Below, in pieces: positions 10,559 to 19,739 of a stretch of DNA of 64,000 bases. The notes under the pieces were generated by a model. That model searched no databases. It was not told where the DNA came from and saw only the letters and a program-made list of their open reading frames with translations. The translations under genes and the position numbers were made by a program. The first letter of the stretch is position 1; every line of letters starts with the position of its first letter. The stretch lies in assembly GCA_963780735.1 (NCBI GenBank), contig CAWADB010000006.1:34106-98105 (forward strand), read 5' to 3'. This DNA is from an uncultured Bacteroidales bacterium (GTDB taxonomy: Bacteria; Bacteroidota; Bacteroidia; Bacteroidales; VadinHA17).

Positions 10559-10566
10559 TAAATTTG
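10559..10566 (+). promoter_or_regulatory. Candidate -7 promoter element (TAAATTTG) upstream of ruvX
   Basis: Matches TAnnTTTG, about 30 nt upstream of the TTG start at 10599. Confidence 0.4.
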
Positions 10567-10598
10567 CGCCCGCTCCACAAACAACCGGGCGGGAAACA

Positions 10599-11039
10599 TT
10601 GAGCAGGGTACTGGCGATAGACTATGGCAGAAAACGATGCGGACTGGCAGTTACAGATCCGCAGAGGATCATTGCATCTCCCCTTACTACAGTGCCAACC
10701 GGCCAGCTGGAGGCCTTCCTGAAAGACTATATCCCCCGTGAAAATGTAACCGAAGTAGTGATCGGATACCCAGTCACCGTGAACAATTTGCCCAGTGAAA
10801 GCGTAAAGTATATTGACCCGTTCATTGCGCGCTTCAGGAAGCTCTTCCCGGGAATGGCCCTGCATCATGCCGATGAGCGGTTCACATCCCAGATGGCGAT
10901 GAGAACGATGATAGACGGCGGCGTGAAAAAGAGCGGCAGAAGAGACAAGGCGATGGTTGACCGCATCAGCGCTTCCATCATCCTGCAGTCGTGGCTGGGC
11001 AGGGAAGAATTGAGAAAAAAAGATAAAAGAGTACAATGA
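10599..11039 (+). CDS. ruvX: Holliday junction resolvase RuvX (YqgF family)
   Basis: The N-terminus RVLAIDYGRKRCGLAVTD and the C-terminal DERFTS...D..SA..ILQ are YqgF hallmarks. The start codon is TTG. Confidence 0.9.
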   Translation: MSRVLAIDYGRKRCGLAVTDPQRIIASPLTTVPTGQLEAFLKDYIPRENVTEVVIGYPVTVNNLPSESVKYIDPFIARFRKLFPGMALHHADERFTSQMAMRTMIDGGVKKSGRRDKAMVDRISASIILQSWLGREELRKKDKRVQ

Positions 11040-11596
11040 CTTATCCCATTTATGTATACGGACATCCGGTCCTGCGAAGGGTTGCAGAAGAAATAGACCG
11101 TGACTATCCCGGTCTGAACACTTTCATTGCCGATATGTTCGAGACAATGTACAACTCTGACGGACTGGGGCTTGCCGCTCCCCAGGTAGGTAAGTCGCTG
11201 AGGTTATTTGTCATCGACGGTGAGCCGCTTTCGAAGGAGCACCCTGAGATGAAAGACTTCCACGTGGCATTCATCAACCCGCAGGTGGTCGAGCGCAAGG
11301 GTGAAAAAGTGCCGATGAGTGAGGGATGCCTCAGCCTCCCGGGATTACACGAGGAGGTCCTCCGCGAATCTGAGATACGCATACAGTATTACGATACCGA
11401 CTGGAACTTTCACGATGAGGTTTACCAGGGATACAAAGCCAGGGTGGTGCTTCATGAGTATGATCATCTTGACGGAATTTTGTTTTCTGACAGGCTCAGT
11501 CCCCTGCGTCGCAGACTCATCAAGGGAAAGCTGAATGACATCAGCAAGGGTAAGTTCGATGCTGATTACCGGACAGTTCTGCCTCCCGGCAGGTAA
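11036..11596 (+). CDS. def: Peptide deformylase
   Basis: Motifs GLAAPQVG, EGCLSLPG and HEYDHLDG. It overlaps the ruvX stop by 4 nt. Confidence 0.95.
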   Translation: MTYPIYVYGHPVLRRVAEEIDRDYPGLNTFIADMFETMYNSDGLGLAAPQVGKSLRLFVIDGEPLSKEHPEMKDFHVAFINPQVVERKGEKVPMSEGCLSLPGLHEEVLRESEIRIQYYDTDWNFHDEVYQGYKARVVLHEYDHLDGILFSDRLSPLRRRLIKGKLNDISKGKFDADYRTVLPPGR

Positions 11597-11657
11597 CAAC
11601 TGCTATTGACTTCCTTTATTAGTTTTCATATCTTTAGTAAGTCTAACGCTGTGATCC

Positions 11658-13394
11658 GTGCATTTCAGGGAAATACCGTTCCTGAGAATATTTGCACCGT
11701 TCTGTGCAGGTGTGATCCTGGCAGAGGTAGCGCCGTCCGCTGTGACCGCTGCCTGGGCCATGACAGGTACTGCTGCATTTGTTATTACCCTTAGATTAAT
11801 CCGGAAAAACTATCACCCAGACACTCTTTTCGGCGCCGCCATTGTAATCTTTTTTGTGGCATCCGGCTACCTTATGCATATTACCGGAAAAGAACGACTC
11901 AGCACTCTCGATGAGAGCCGGCAGCTGTTCACGGTTAGGTTATCAGGGTATCCTGATAAAAAGAATTCAAGCGCCTCATTCAGGGCAAAGATCGTCAATA
12001 TGACCGCTGACAGTACGCAATACTCCCCGCGTGGCTCCCTCCTGCTATACTTCCTGTCTGATACCCTTCCATCCCGGTGGCAACCCGGCGACATGCTCAC
12101 GGTGCGCATAACCCCGAAACCTGTTGAAAATAATGGCAATCCGTGTGAGTTCAACTACCGCCGTTACCTGGAGGGGCAGGGTGTCAGGTACATGAGCTTC
12201 TTCAGGGCAGGTGATATCATTGAATATCAACCGGCCAGCCGTCTCACCCTGAGGGAAAGATCGCTTGTTGTGGCTCACAGCATGATCGTGGCCTTTGAGA
12301 AGGCAGGACTGCAGGGTGAAGAGCTGGGGCTGGTGACTGCATTTACTATCGGTGACAAAGACCTTATTGACAAAGAGCATCTTACAACATTCTCACGGTC
12401 GGGGGCAATGCATATAATGGCTGTATCAGGACTGCACGTAGGCATGATCAGCCTGGGACTCTCGTTCATGCTCTTTTTCCTGCGCGGAAAATTCAGGTTT
12501 ATGAAGGCTGTCATCATCATTACGGCACTGTGGGGTTTTGCCTTTATTACCGGCATGTCGCCGTCGGTGCTGAGGGCCACGATAATGTTCACCTTCCTTC
12601 AGGCCGGCACACTCATGCACCGTCCCGCCCCGGGCATGAATAACCTGCTTGCCTCCGCTTTTATCCTGACTGCTGCCAGGCCTGCCGTGATCTTCGAAGC
12701 AGGATTTCAGCTCTCTTACCTCGCCGTGGCCTTTATCATCATGTTCTATTACCCTCTCTACAGGACGATCAGGTTCAGAAACAAGGTCGCCGATTATTTA
12801 TGGCAGATGACGGCAGTCTCGGTGGTGGCACAGGCGGGCACTCTGGCCCTTGCCGTGAGGTTATTCAATATTTTCCCACTCTTCTTCCTTGCAACAAATA
12901 TTGTCGTGATCCCGCTATCTTTTGCAGTCCTGGCCCTTGCTTTTATCCTCATCCTGTTCTCTGCGGTTACCCCCGTGGCATCTTTTTTCGCCATGCTGCT
13001 GGGTAAACTCTCCGGTTTTACCCTTCACTTTACAGGTTTCATCAGCTCCTTTGATCACGGCGTGATAGAGAACATAGGGCTGACAGCCGCCGGAGCAGTA
13101 TTGCTGACAATCGCAATCGCACTTCTTTTCGCTTCCCTGTTAAGAATATGGAAGATTTCGCTGAAACCATTCCTGGTAGCGGCCTCACTCTTCCTTTTAT
13201 GCGGTACCCTGAAAAACCTGAAAGAGAGCAGGCAGGAGAAATTAATAGTCTACAATATAAAGGGTAAAGAGCTCCGTGCATTTCAGGAAGGCCGGGTGCT
13301 TATCGTGTCACTGCCTGAAGGATATGTTCCTGCCGAAGTAAAGAAGCATGCGGCAACGCGGGGACTAAAGATTAAGACCATACAATCACGGTGA
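11658..13394 (+). CDS. comEC: ComEC/Rec2 family competence membrane protein (no beta-lactamase domain)
   Basis: 578-aa polytopic membrane ORF. The core motif is FSRSGAMHIMAVSGLHVGMI. The start codon is GTG. Confidence 0.8.
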   Translation: MHFREIPFLRIFAPFCAGVILAEVAPSAVTAAWAMTGTAAFVITLRLIRKNYHPDTLFGAAIVIFFVASGYLMHITGKERLSTLDESRQLFTVRLSGYPDKKNSSASFRAKIVNMTADSTQYSPRGSLLLYFLSDTLPSRWQPGDMLTVRITPKPVENNGNPCEFNYRRYLEGQGVRYMSFFRAGDIIEYQPASRLTLRERSLVVAHSMIVAFEKAGLQGEELGLVTAFTIGDKDLIDKEHLTTFSRSGAMHIMAVSGLHVGMISLGLSFMLFFLRGKFRFMKAVIIITALWGFAFITGMSPSVLRATIMFTFLQAGTLMHRPAPGMNNLLASAFILTAARPAVIFEAGFQLSYLAVAFIIMFYYPLYRTIRFRNKVADYLWQMTAVSVVAQAGTLALAVRLFNIFPLFFLATNIVVIPLSFAVLALAFILILFSAVTPVASFFAMLLGKLSGFTLHFTGFISSFDHGVIENIGLTAAGAVLLTIAIALLFASLLRIWKISLKPFLVAASLFLLCGTLKNLKESRQEKLIVYNIKGKELRAFQEGRVLIVSLPEGYVPAEVKKHAATRGLKIKTIQSR

Positions 13395-13437
13395 ATGTTC
13401 TTTTGTATAACTTTGCCGTGATTTTACCAACACGCAA

Positions 13438-14790
13438 ATGAGAATAGTAATCGCAGGGGCGGGTGAAGTGGGAACACACCTCGCAAAGATGCTCTCGCAG
13501 AGTGAACATGAGATAATACTCATCGATAATGAAGGGGAAAGGCTGAAGCCCATTGATGCTTCGATCGATGTCCTCACTTATGAAGGATCAGCCACTTCGC
13601 TCGACCTGCTCAGGGAAGCACTTAAGAAAAATACTGACCTTTTTATTGCCGTAGCGCACTACGAAGACACCAATATCACCGCTGCCGTGCTTGCAAAGAA
13701 GCTCGGGGCCAGGAAGGTGATCGCCCGTATAGACAATATGGAATACCTTGAGCATGGCAACAAGGAATTGCTCAGGGAAATGGGTGTTGACCACCTGATC
13801 TATCCGGAACTCATCGCCGCCAAGGAAGTTATCAGCCTCCTGAAGACAACGGGCACCACGGAGTTCATGGATTTTGCAGGAGGGAAGCTCGCCCTTTATG
13901 TTCAGAAACTGGAAAAGGGAGCCCCTGTCCTCAACCGCAGCCTCGAGGAGGTTGCAACGACGCTTGGGTCAATACAGTACCGGGCGGTAGCCATCAAGAG
14001 AAATGACCGCACCATCATTCCGCGAGGCAAGGAGGAGTTTAAAGAGGGTGACCTGGCATATGTCGTTTCCACCCGCGACGGCCTCAATGATATGATGAAA
14101 TTTTCAGGGAAACGCAATGTCGAGGCACGCAGCATTATGATCCTGGGCGGGAGCCGGATAGGAAGGCATGTGGCGCTGAACCTACAGCACGACTGCCAGG
14201 TGAAGCTGATAGACAACGATCACGATAAATGCCAGATGCTTGCCGAAACGCTTGAGGAAACACTTATCATTAACGGTGACGGAAGGAACGGTGACCTCCT
14301 GGCCGAGGAAGGCCTCACACATATGGATGCTTTTGTGGCCGTCACCGGAAACTCAGAGACCAATATTCTCTCATGCCTGCTGGCAAAGAAGATAGGTGTG
14401 ATGAAGACCATCGCCGAGGTAGAGAACATGGAATATATCAACCTGGCTGAAAACTCAGGGATAGATACCATCATCAACAAGAAGATAGCAACGGCCAGTC
14501 GTATCTTCCGTCACACGATGAACCCCAATGTCACACAGGTCAAGATGATGACCGGTACCGATGCTGAGGTGATAGAATTTTTTGTGCCCGAGGGTGCGCG
14601 TATAACTGAAGGGCCGCTGAGGCTGATAGATTTTCCCAAGGATGCCATCGTCGGCGGAGGCATACGTGATGACAAGCCTTTCATTGCCACCGGAGACACT
14701 CATATACAGTACCGCGATAAGGTTGTTGTGTTTGCCCTGCCCACGGCGTTTGACAAGCTGAATAAGTTCTTCTCAGGCGACAGAAAATGA
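13438..14790 (+). CDS. trkA: Trk system potassium uptake protein TrkA
   Basis: 450 aa with duplicated Rossmann/RCK architecture (MRIVIAGAGEVGTHLA and IMILGGSRIGRHVA). Confidence 0.9.
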   Translation: MRIVIAGAGEVGTHLAKMLSQSEHEIILIDNEGERLKPIDASIDVLTYEGSATSLDLLREALKKNTDLFIAVAHYEDTNITAAVLAKKLGARKVIARIDNMEYLEHGNKELLREMGVDHLIYPELIAAKEVISLLKTTGTTEFMDFAGGKLALYVQKLEKGAPVLNRSLEEVATTLGSIQYRAVAIKRNDRTIIPRGKEEFKEGDLAYVVSTRDGLNDMMKFSGKRNVEARSIMILGGSRIGRHVALNLQHDCQVKLIDNDHDKCQMLAETLEETLIINGDGRNGDLLAEEGLTHMDAFVAVTGNSETNILSCLLAKKIGVMKTIAEVENMEYINLAENSGIDTIINKKIATASRIFRHTMNPNVTQVKMMTGTDAEVIEFFVPEGARITEGPLRLIDFPKDAIVGGGIRDDKPFIATGDTHIQYRDKVVVFALPTAFDKLNKFFSGDRK

Positions 14791-14817
14791 GGTCTCGGGC
14801 TGGGTTAAAGTGAACAT

Positions 14818-14841
14818 ATTTGCGATTTGCGATTTAAAATC
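14818..14841. repeat. Short tandem heptamer (TTTGCGA x2) plus the small palindrome CGATTTAAAATCG, between convergent trkA and tsaC
   Basis: Read directly in the 57-nt convergent intergenic spacer. Confidence 0.6.
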
Positions 14842-14847
14842 GTAAAA

Positions 14848-15462
14848 CTACAACTGCAGTATTCCCTTTCCCTGTCTGAGAACAACAGGTTCCGAGCCGG
14901 TACAGTCAACGACAGTTGAAGGCTCGTCGCCCCCCATCCCGCCGTCAACTACAAGATCCACAAAATCATCGTATTTTTCATGAATGAGCTCAGGATCAGT
15001 GATATATTCCATGACCTCATCATTATCATGTATTGAGGTGGTCATGAGAGGCCTTCCCAGGTCGCGCACGATATCCAATGTTATATTATTGTCAGGGATA
15101 CGGATACCCAGCGTTTTCTTCCTGTGCTTGAACAGGGCAGGTATCTGGTTGTTCGCATGAACAATGAAGGTAAACGGTCCCGGCAGGTTACGCTTCAGCA
15201 GCCTGAACAGGTTGTTATCGTGAATGACTGTATATTCCGAAAGCTGACTCATTGATGAAAAGATCATTGACATGTCAGGGTTCCCCGGGTTCAACCCCTT
15301 GAACCGTGCAATCTTCTCAATGGCTTTGTTGGACTTGATGTCGCAGCCCATGGCATAAATAGTGTCAGTAGGATAAATGACAATGCCCCCCTCCTCAAGT
15401 ACCCAGGTCACCCTGCGGATGTAATCGGGATTTGGATTTTCGGGATAGAGTTTAATTATCAT
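14848..15462 (-). CDS. tsaC: L-threonylcarbamoyladenylate synthase (TsaC/YrdC family)
   Basis: Motifs IVIYPTDTIYAMGCD, LPGPFTFIV and LGIRIPD. I prefer the ATG at 15462 (MIIKLYPENP). The longer ORF starting at 15513 would run into the SRP RNA terminator. Confidence 0.85.
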   Translation of the reverse strand: MIIKLYPENPNPDYIRRVTWVLEEGGIVIYPTDTIYAMGCDIKSNKAIEKIARFKGLNPGNPDMSMIFSSMSQLSEYTVIHDNNLFRLLKRNLPGPFTFIVHANNQIPALFKHRKKTLGIRIPDNNITLDIVRDLGRPLMTTSIHDNDEVMEYITDPELIHEKYDDFVDLVVDGGMGGDEPSTVVDCTGSEPVVLRQGKGILQL

Positions 15463-15518
15463 TTTTGCGCGTAAACGACGGCAAATATAGGAAGTAAAAT
15501 TCAGAGGAGACAAAAAAA

Positions 15519-15623
15519 AGAGGGTAAGCTACTCACATCGCACCGCTACAACCTTCTACCCTTGCTGCCTTCCGACCCTGGGGGAGTTCAAAGGGAGCTG
15601 GTCGTATGAGACTTACCCCGCAC
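15519..15623 (-). ncRNA. ffs: Signal recognition particle RNA (small 4.5S type)
   Basis: The minus-strand sequence GCGGGGTAAGTCTC...CCCCAGGGTCGGAAGGCAGCAAGGGTAG...GAGTAGCTTACCC contains the conserved domain IV (GGAA tetraloop flanked by CAGG.TC / GGCAGCA). Its 5' and 3' ends pair (GGTAAG/CTTACC), and a T-tract follows (CTTTTTTTTG). Confidence 0.75.
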
Positions 15624-15699
15624 AAAAATACACTTTTTTCCGTCGCTGGCCAAATAATAGTTGTTACTTACGATGCTGCGCACATTTGCGTAAATACAC

Positions 15700-15707
15700 T
15701 ATATTTG
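15700..15707 (+). promoter_or_regulatory. Candidate -7 promoter element (TATATTTG)
   Basis: Matches TAnnTTTG, about 27 nt upstream of the ATG at 15734. Confidence 0.35.
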
Positions 15708-15733
15708 TTTTCAAAACCAAAAACTCCCATAAA

Positions 15734-16276
15734 ATGGAAGACAAAAGATCAATCTGGAAAGAGACTCTGAACTACGGTATAATACTGGGACTCGTCTCTG
15801 TCGGCTTCTCAGTTTTAACCTATATGTTTGATCTCACCTTCAAGACATGGATCATGCTGCCAAGCCTGGTAATCAGTCTTGCTGTACTTTATTTTCTGCT
15901 TCGTGCCTACCGCGATCATTATAATAACGGCTACATTACATATGGCAAATCTGTAGGTGCAGGTGTGGTAATCAATCTTTACGCTGCTGTTATCACCGCT
16001 ATATATATTTATGTTCTGTATGCGTTCATTGATCCGGGGCTCGTCGAGAAATCACTGGCTTTCGCGCAGGAAAAGATGATTGCAAAAGGTGTTCCCGAGG
16101 AAGCACTTGATACAGCCACTGCCATGCAGGCCAAGATGATGAAACCATGGATCCAGGCAATCTCGTCAGTCTTTTACGGAGTATTTTTTGGCCTGTTGAT
16201 GTCTTTGATTGTCTCACTGTTTATCATGAAGAAGGGCAATCCGCTCCTCGATGAAGAGGTGGAAGAGCCAAAATAG
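15734..16276 (+). CDS. DUF4199 family membrane protein
   Basis: The N-terminus MEDKRSIWKETLNYGIILGLVS and a four-TM layout are typical of DUF4199. I prefer the ATG at 15734 to the upstream in-frame start at 15686. Confidence 0.7.
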   Translation: MEDKRSIWKETLNYGIILGLVSVGFSVLTYMFDLTFKTWIMLPSLVISLAVLYFLLRAYRDHYNNGYITYGKSVGAGVVINLYAAVITAIYIYVLYAFIDPGLVEKSLAFAQEKMIAKGVPEEALDTATAMQAKMMKPWIQAISSVFYGVFFGLLMSLIVSLFIMKKGNPLLDEEVEEPK

Positions 16277-16278
16277 TA

Positions 16279-17232
16279 ATGGATCTCTCAGTTGTAGTCC
16301 CTGCGTTCAACGAAGCTGAATCCCTCCCCGAGCTGGCGGAATGGATTGCCAAAGTTTGTGCCTCATCGTCAATTGACTACGAGTTAATTGTCATCGATGA
16401 CGGCAGCACCGACGACACCTGGGAGGTGCTGAAGCTTCTATCTTCCAGGAACAGCAAGGTCAGAGCAATCAGGTTCCGCCGTAACTACGGCAAGTCCGCA
16501 GCGCTGCAGACAGGTTTCGAAGCATCTTCGGGCGACGTTGTTATCACCATGGATGCCGACCTGCAGGATAGTCCTGACGAGATACCCGGCCTGGTTAAGA
16601 TGATCAGGGAGGATGGGTATCATATTGTCTCCGGGTGGAAGAAAAAGAGGTATGATCCTTTTATAAAACGAAGCACCTCAAGGCTTTACAACTTTACTGC
16701 GAGAAAATTCTCAGGCATCAGGCTTCACGATTTCAACTGCGGCCTCAAAGCCTATGACGGCGAAGTGGTAAGGAGCATAGAGGTTTACGGAGAGATGCAC
16801 AGGTACATACCCCTTCTGGCCAAGGAAGCGGGGTTCAGAAAGATCGGCGAGAAGATTGTGCAGCACAGCCCGCGCAAATATGGCGTCACCAAATACGGCC
16901 TCGACAGGTTTGTGAAAGGTTATCTTGACATGCTGACCATCAGCTTCATCACGCGCTTCGGCAAGAGTCCCATGCATTTGTTCGGGACACTGGGCTCGCT
17001 GATGTTCCTTACAGGATTTGTCATGGCAGCATATCTGGGGATACGCAAGCTTGTCTTTATTCATGAGGGACTCAGGGCACCGCTGGTGACTGACAGTCCG
17101 TATTTCTATATCGCCCTGTCAGTAATGATAATAGGATCTTTTCTCTTTCTTACGGGGTTCCTTGCAGAGCTTGTCAACCGGCGGTCACCGGACCGGAACC
17201 AGTATCTCATCAGGGATAAACTGAACGTTTGA
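16279..17232 (+). CDS. Family 2 glycosyltransferase (polyprenyl-phosphate glycosyltransferase, GtrB/ArnC-like)
   Basis: LSVVVPAFNE, VIDDGSTDDT and the DAD motif (TMDADLQD), plus two C-terminal TM helices. Confidence 0.85.
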   Translation: MDLSVVVPAFNEAESLPELAEWIAKVCASSSIDYELIVIDDGSTDDTWEVLKLLSSRNSKVRAIRFRRNYGKSAALQTGFEASSGDVVITMDADLQDSPDEIPGLVKMIREDGYHIVSGWKKKRYDPFIKRSTSRLYNFTARKFSGIRLHDFNCGLKAYDGEVVRSIEVYGEMHRYIPLLAKEAGFRKIGEKIVQHSPRKYGVTKYGLDRFVKGYLDMLTISFITRFGKSPMHLFGTLGSLMFLTGFVMAAYLGIRKLVFIHEGLRAPLVTDSPYFYIALSVMIIGSFLFLTGFLAELVNRRSPDRNQYLIRDKLNV

Positions 17233-17251
17233 ACAAATAGCCTGAGGGTCT

Positions 17252-17322
17252 TGCAGTCCTTCGATCATGCAGTCCTGCAGTCTTCAAGATTTTTAATTCT
17301 AAATTCTTAACTCTTAATTAAG
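17252..17322. repeat. Intergenic short tandem repeats: three TGCAGTC(C/T) units followed by an AT-rich AATTCTTAA-like periodic tract
   Basis: TGCAGTC occurs at 17252, 17268 and 17276. The tract TTAATTCTAAATTCTTAACTCTTAATTAAG spans 17293-17322, between the convergent GT2 and GT4 genes. Confidence 0.7.
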
Positions 17323-18466
17323 CTCTTCCTCGCCGCTGTGTCATCCTGATCAATCCGCGCAGCGCTTCAGTGAGTTTGTCCCACGAATAAAGCTTCTTCT
17401 GATCCTCTATCCCGGGAGTGAACCTCTCCTCATCACCACTGAAGAAATCTGCAATTGCATTTGCAATGGCTGCCGGCTCCGGCGACACCACATAACCGCA
17501 TTTCCCGTCAGGGACTATCTCAGCCAATCCTCCCACATCGGTGACAACCATAGGTTTGTTGAAATAATACGCTATCTGAGTCACCCCGCTCTGGGTGGCA
17601 GAACGGTAAGGTTGAACCACCAGCGAGGCAGCTGAGAAATAATATCTGACATCCTCGTTACTGATAAAGTGAGTGTGAAGCAAGACTCTCTGTCCGATAT
17701 CAAGTGTCCGTATCAGGTCAAAGTAAGGTTTCTCATCTTCGTAAAACTCCCCGGCAACAATAAGCTTGACCCCCAGGCTTTGCACAGCAGGTTCAGCCAT
17801 CGCCTTCAGGAGAAGGTCAAGCCCTTTATATTCCCTGATAAAACCAAAGAAGAGGATGAATTTGTCAGCAGGGCACAGCCTCAGCCGTACGATGGCCTCG
17901 GCACGCGGCACCGGAGCGCTGTAGGTGTCGAAGAGCGGATGCGGTGAGACCACACATGGAATTTTTTTATTGAACTCTCTGAGGTCATTTTCAACTGCAC
18001 GGGTCATCACCAGCGCCCCGTGAATGCTGTTGATGAAAAACCGCGTAAGTGCCTTATCTCCTATTCTCTGTTCGTGAGGAACGATATTATCGAATATCGT
18101 AATGACCCTTGTATGCCCGTTGCTCCTGACAATGCGTGCTATGAAGCCCAGCGCCGGCGCCAGGAAGGGCAGCCAGTAACGCAGTATGATCATGTCAGGT
18201 CTTGTGCGCCTCAGCCGCAGGCCGGTGTTAAACCAGTTAATCGGGTTCACGGAGTTGATGGCCCGGGTAATGGTCACCCCTGCCGGAGCGTATCCGTCGT
18301 CATACTGTGTCTTGCCAGGAAAGAGAAAAGAGGGATACTGCACCTTGAAAGTATATATGGCAGCAGCATCACCTTCACGGAGAAATTGCTGTGCCAGCCT
18401 TTCATTATATGCTGCAATGCCTCCCCTGTAAGGGTGGGCGGGACCGCAGATGACAATCCGCATCAT
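17318..18466 (-). CDS. Family 4 (GT-B) glycosyltransferase
   Basis: 382 aa. The C-terminal GT1/GT4 motif is FFGFIREYKGLDLLL...LVVQPYRSATQSGVTQIAYYFNKPMVVTDVGGLAEIV. Confidence 0.85.
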   Translation of the reverse strand: MMRIVICGPAHPYRGGIAAYNERLAQQFLREGDAAAIYTFKVQYPSFLFPGKTQYDDGYAPAGVTITRAINSVNPINWFNTGLRLRRTRPDMIILRYWLPFLAPALGFIARIVRSNGHTRVITIFDNIVPHEQRIGDKALTRFFINSIHGALVMTRAVENDLREFNKKIPCVVSPHPLFDTYSAPVPRAEAIVRLRLCPADKFILFFGFIREYKGLDLLLKAMAEPAVQSLGVKLIVAGEFYEDEKPYFDLIRTLDIGQRVLLHTHFISNEDVRYYFSAASLVVQPYRSATQSGVTQIAYYFNKPMVVTDVGGLAEIVPDGKCGYVVSPEPAAIANAIADFFSGDEERFTPGIEDQKKLYSWDKLTEALRGLIRMTQRRGRA

Positions 18467-18477
18467 AACGTTGTCTT

Positions 18478-19698
18478 CTAAGTATTTACCCAGTCACTAA
18501 GATAATTATACTGAGGCTCCAGCCTGCCCCCGGAAGTGATCGTGGCCCGTTGTATCATTGACGACTGGTTACCGTGGAACAGATCAGGCAGGACATGTTC
18601 AATAAGCTGTCTGCCGAAGTCGCTGGAGGCATCACGCGGCAGCTCGCCGGGGAGGTTGTCAATTGACATCACCGCAATATTCTCCGGATGGTTAAAAGGC
18701 TCCTCTTCACGATGCTTCGTCTTGTTATAACTGTAGAACGGCTCAGCAATGGTGGTAGCCCTCAGGGTGGTAGGAATAGGCCCGTCAATGTCACAGCTTA
18801 TATCAGCAATCACGGAAATCCGGAAATCGGGCTTTTCAACATCTTCGCGGGTGAAGAAAACGGGCGATTTCGGATCCCAGAAGTGAGATGCGATAAGTAC
18901 ATCGGTCACCTTCGTATATTTTTCAAAATCAGATAAATAATCCTCAGGATGATAGACAAAGTTATTAAAGTCGAACGGCCGGCCGTCAAGATGTTTTACA
19001 TAATGCTGAGGTCCTATCTGGCATACAACCGGAACATCATATTCCTTCGTCAGGAAATCCTCCGGTGATACCTTAAGGAGGTTATTGCATACTGACAGTG
19101 TCTCCATGGCTCCGGAGGCAACCCTTCCCTCACCGGTTACCAGGATCTTCAATCCCGGCTTGAGCTGTATAAGACGCAGTCCTGCCCACATCTCATCGAG
19201 GTCACGGCACTGGAATGCAGGCTTGAGTTTGAACCTGTTGGTTTTTATTCCCCTCGCTCTCAGGGCGTTGTATGCTCCTACGATGCCGGCCCACCGCCCG
19301 AAGGCCACTACCCTCTGTCCCTTGTCGGTAGTGAGGTATTCATAGTCAACGAGTCTGACCTTCTGTTTTAGTATCTCCCGGAGCATTTCCAGATTATGCT
19401 GTTGTTTCTTGGCCACATGTGCGAAAAAGAGATAGGTCTTACCGGGCACGAACACCCTCTTGTCGACCTCCTTGACGCCCATGAGGATATCACACTGGCT
19501 CAGGTCTTCATGGATAGGTATCTTGAGGTATTTATACTCATCGTCGGTGTAGCATCTTATGTCCGAAGGCTGCACCCAAAACTCCACAAACGGATATTTA
19601 TCCCTCAGTTCGACTATCTGTGCCGGGGTAAGTGGTACCCTCCTGTCAGGCGGGGTCTTCGTTTCCCTTAAAATGCCAACCTTGAGTTCTCTTTTCAT
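18478..19698 (-). CDS. Alanine dehydrogenase/PNT-family NAD(P) oxidoreductase (saccharopine dehydrogenase-like)
   Basis: 406 aa. The N-terminus VGILRETKTPPDRRVPLTP is typical of the AlaDH/PNT N-domain. There is a Rossmann-like segment, ILVTGEGRVASGA. Confidence 0.6.
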   Translation of the reverse strand: MKRELKVGILRETKTPPDRRVPLTPAQIVELRDKYPFVEFWVQPSDIRCYTDDEYKYLKIPIHEDLSQCDILMGVKEVDKRVFVPGKTYLFFAHVAKKQQHNLEMLREILKQKVRLVDYEYLTTDKGQRVVAFGRWAGIVGAYNALRARGIKTNRFKLKPAFQCRDLDEMWAGLRLIQLKPGLKILVTGEGRVASGAMETLSVCNNLLKVSPEDFLTKEYDVPVVCQIGPQHYVKHLDGRPFDFNNFVYHPEDYLSDFEKYTKVTDVLIASHFWDPKSPVFFTREDVEKPDFRISVIADISCDIDGPIPTTLRATTIAEPFYSYNKTKHREEEPFNHPENIAVMSIDNLPGELPRDASSDFGRQLIEHVLPDLFHGNQSSMIQRATITSGGRLEPQYNYLSDWVNT

Positions 19699-19739
19699 TT
19701 AGAACGAATTTCTTGTTTCAAGCCATAAAATTATTCAAA

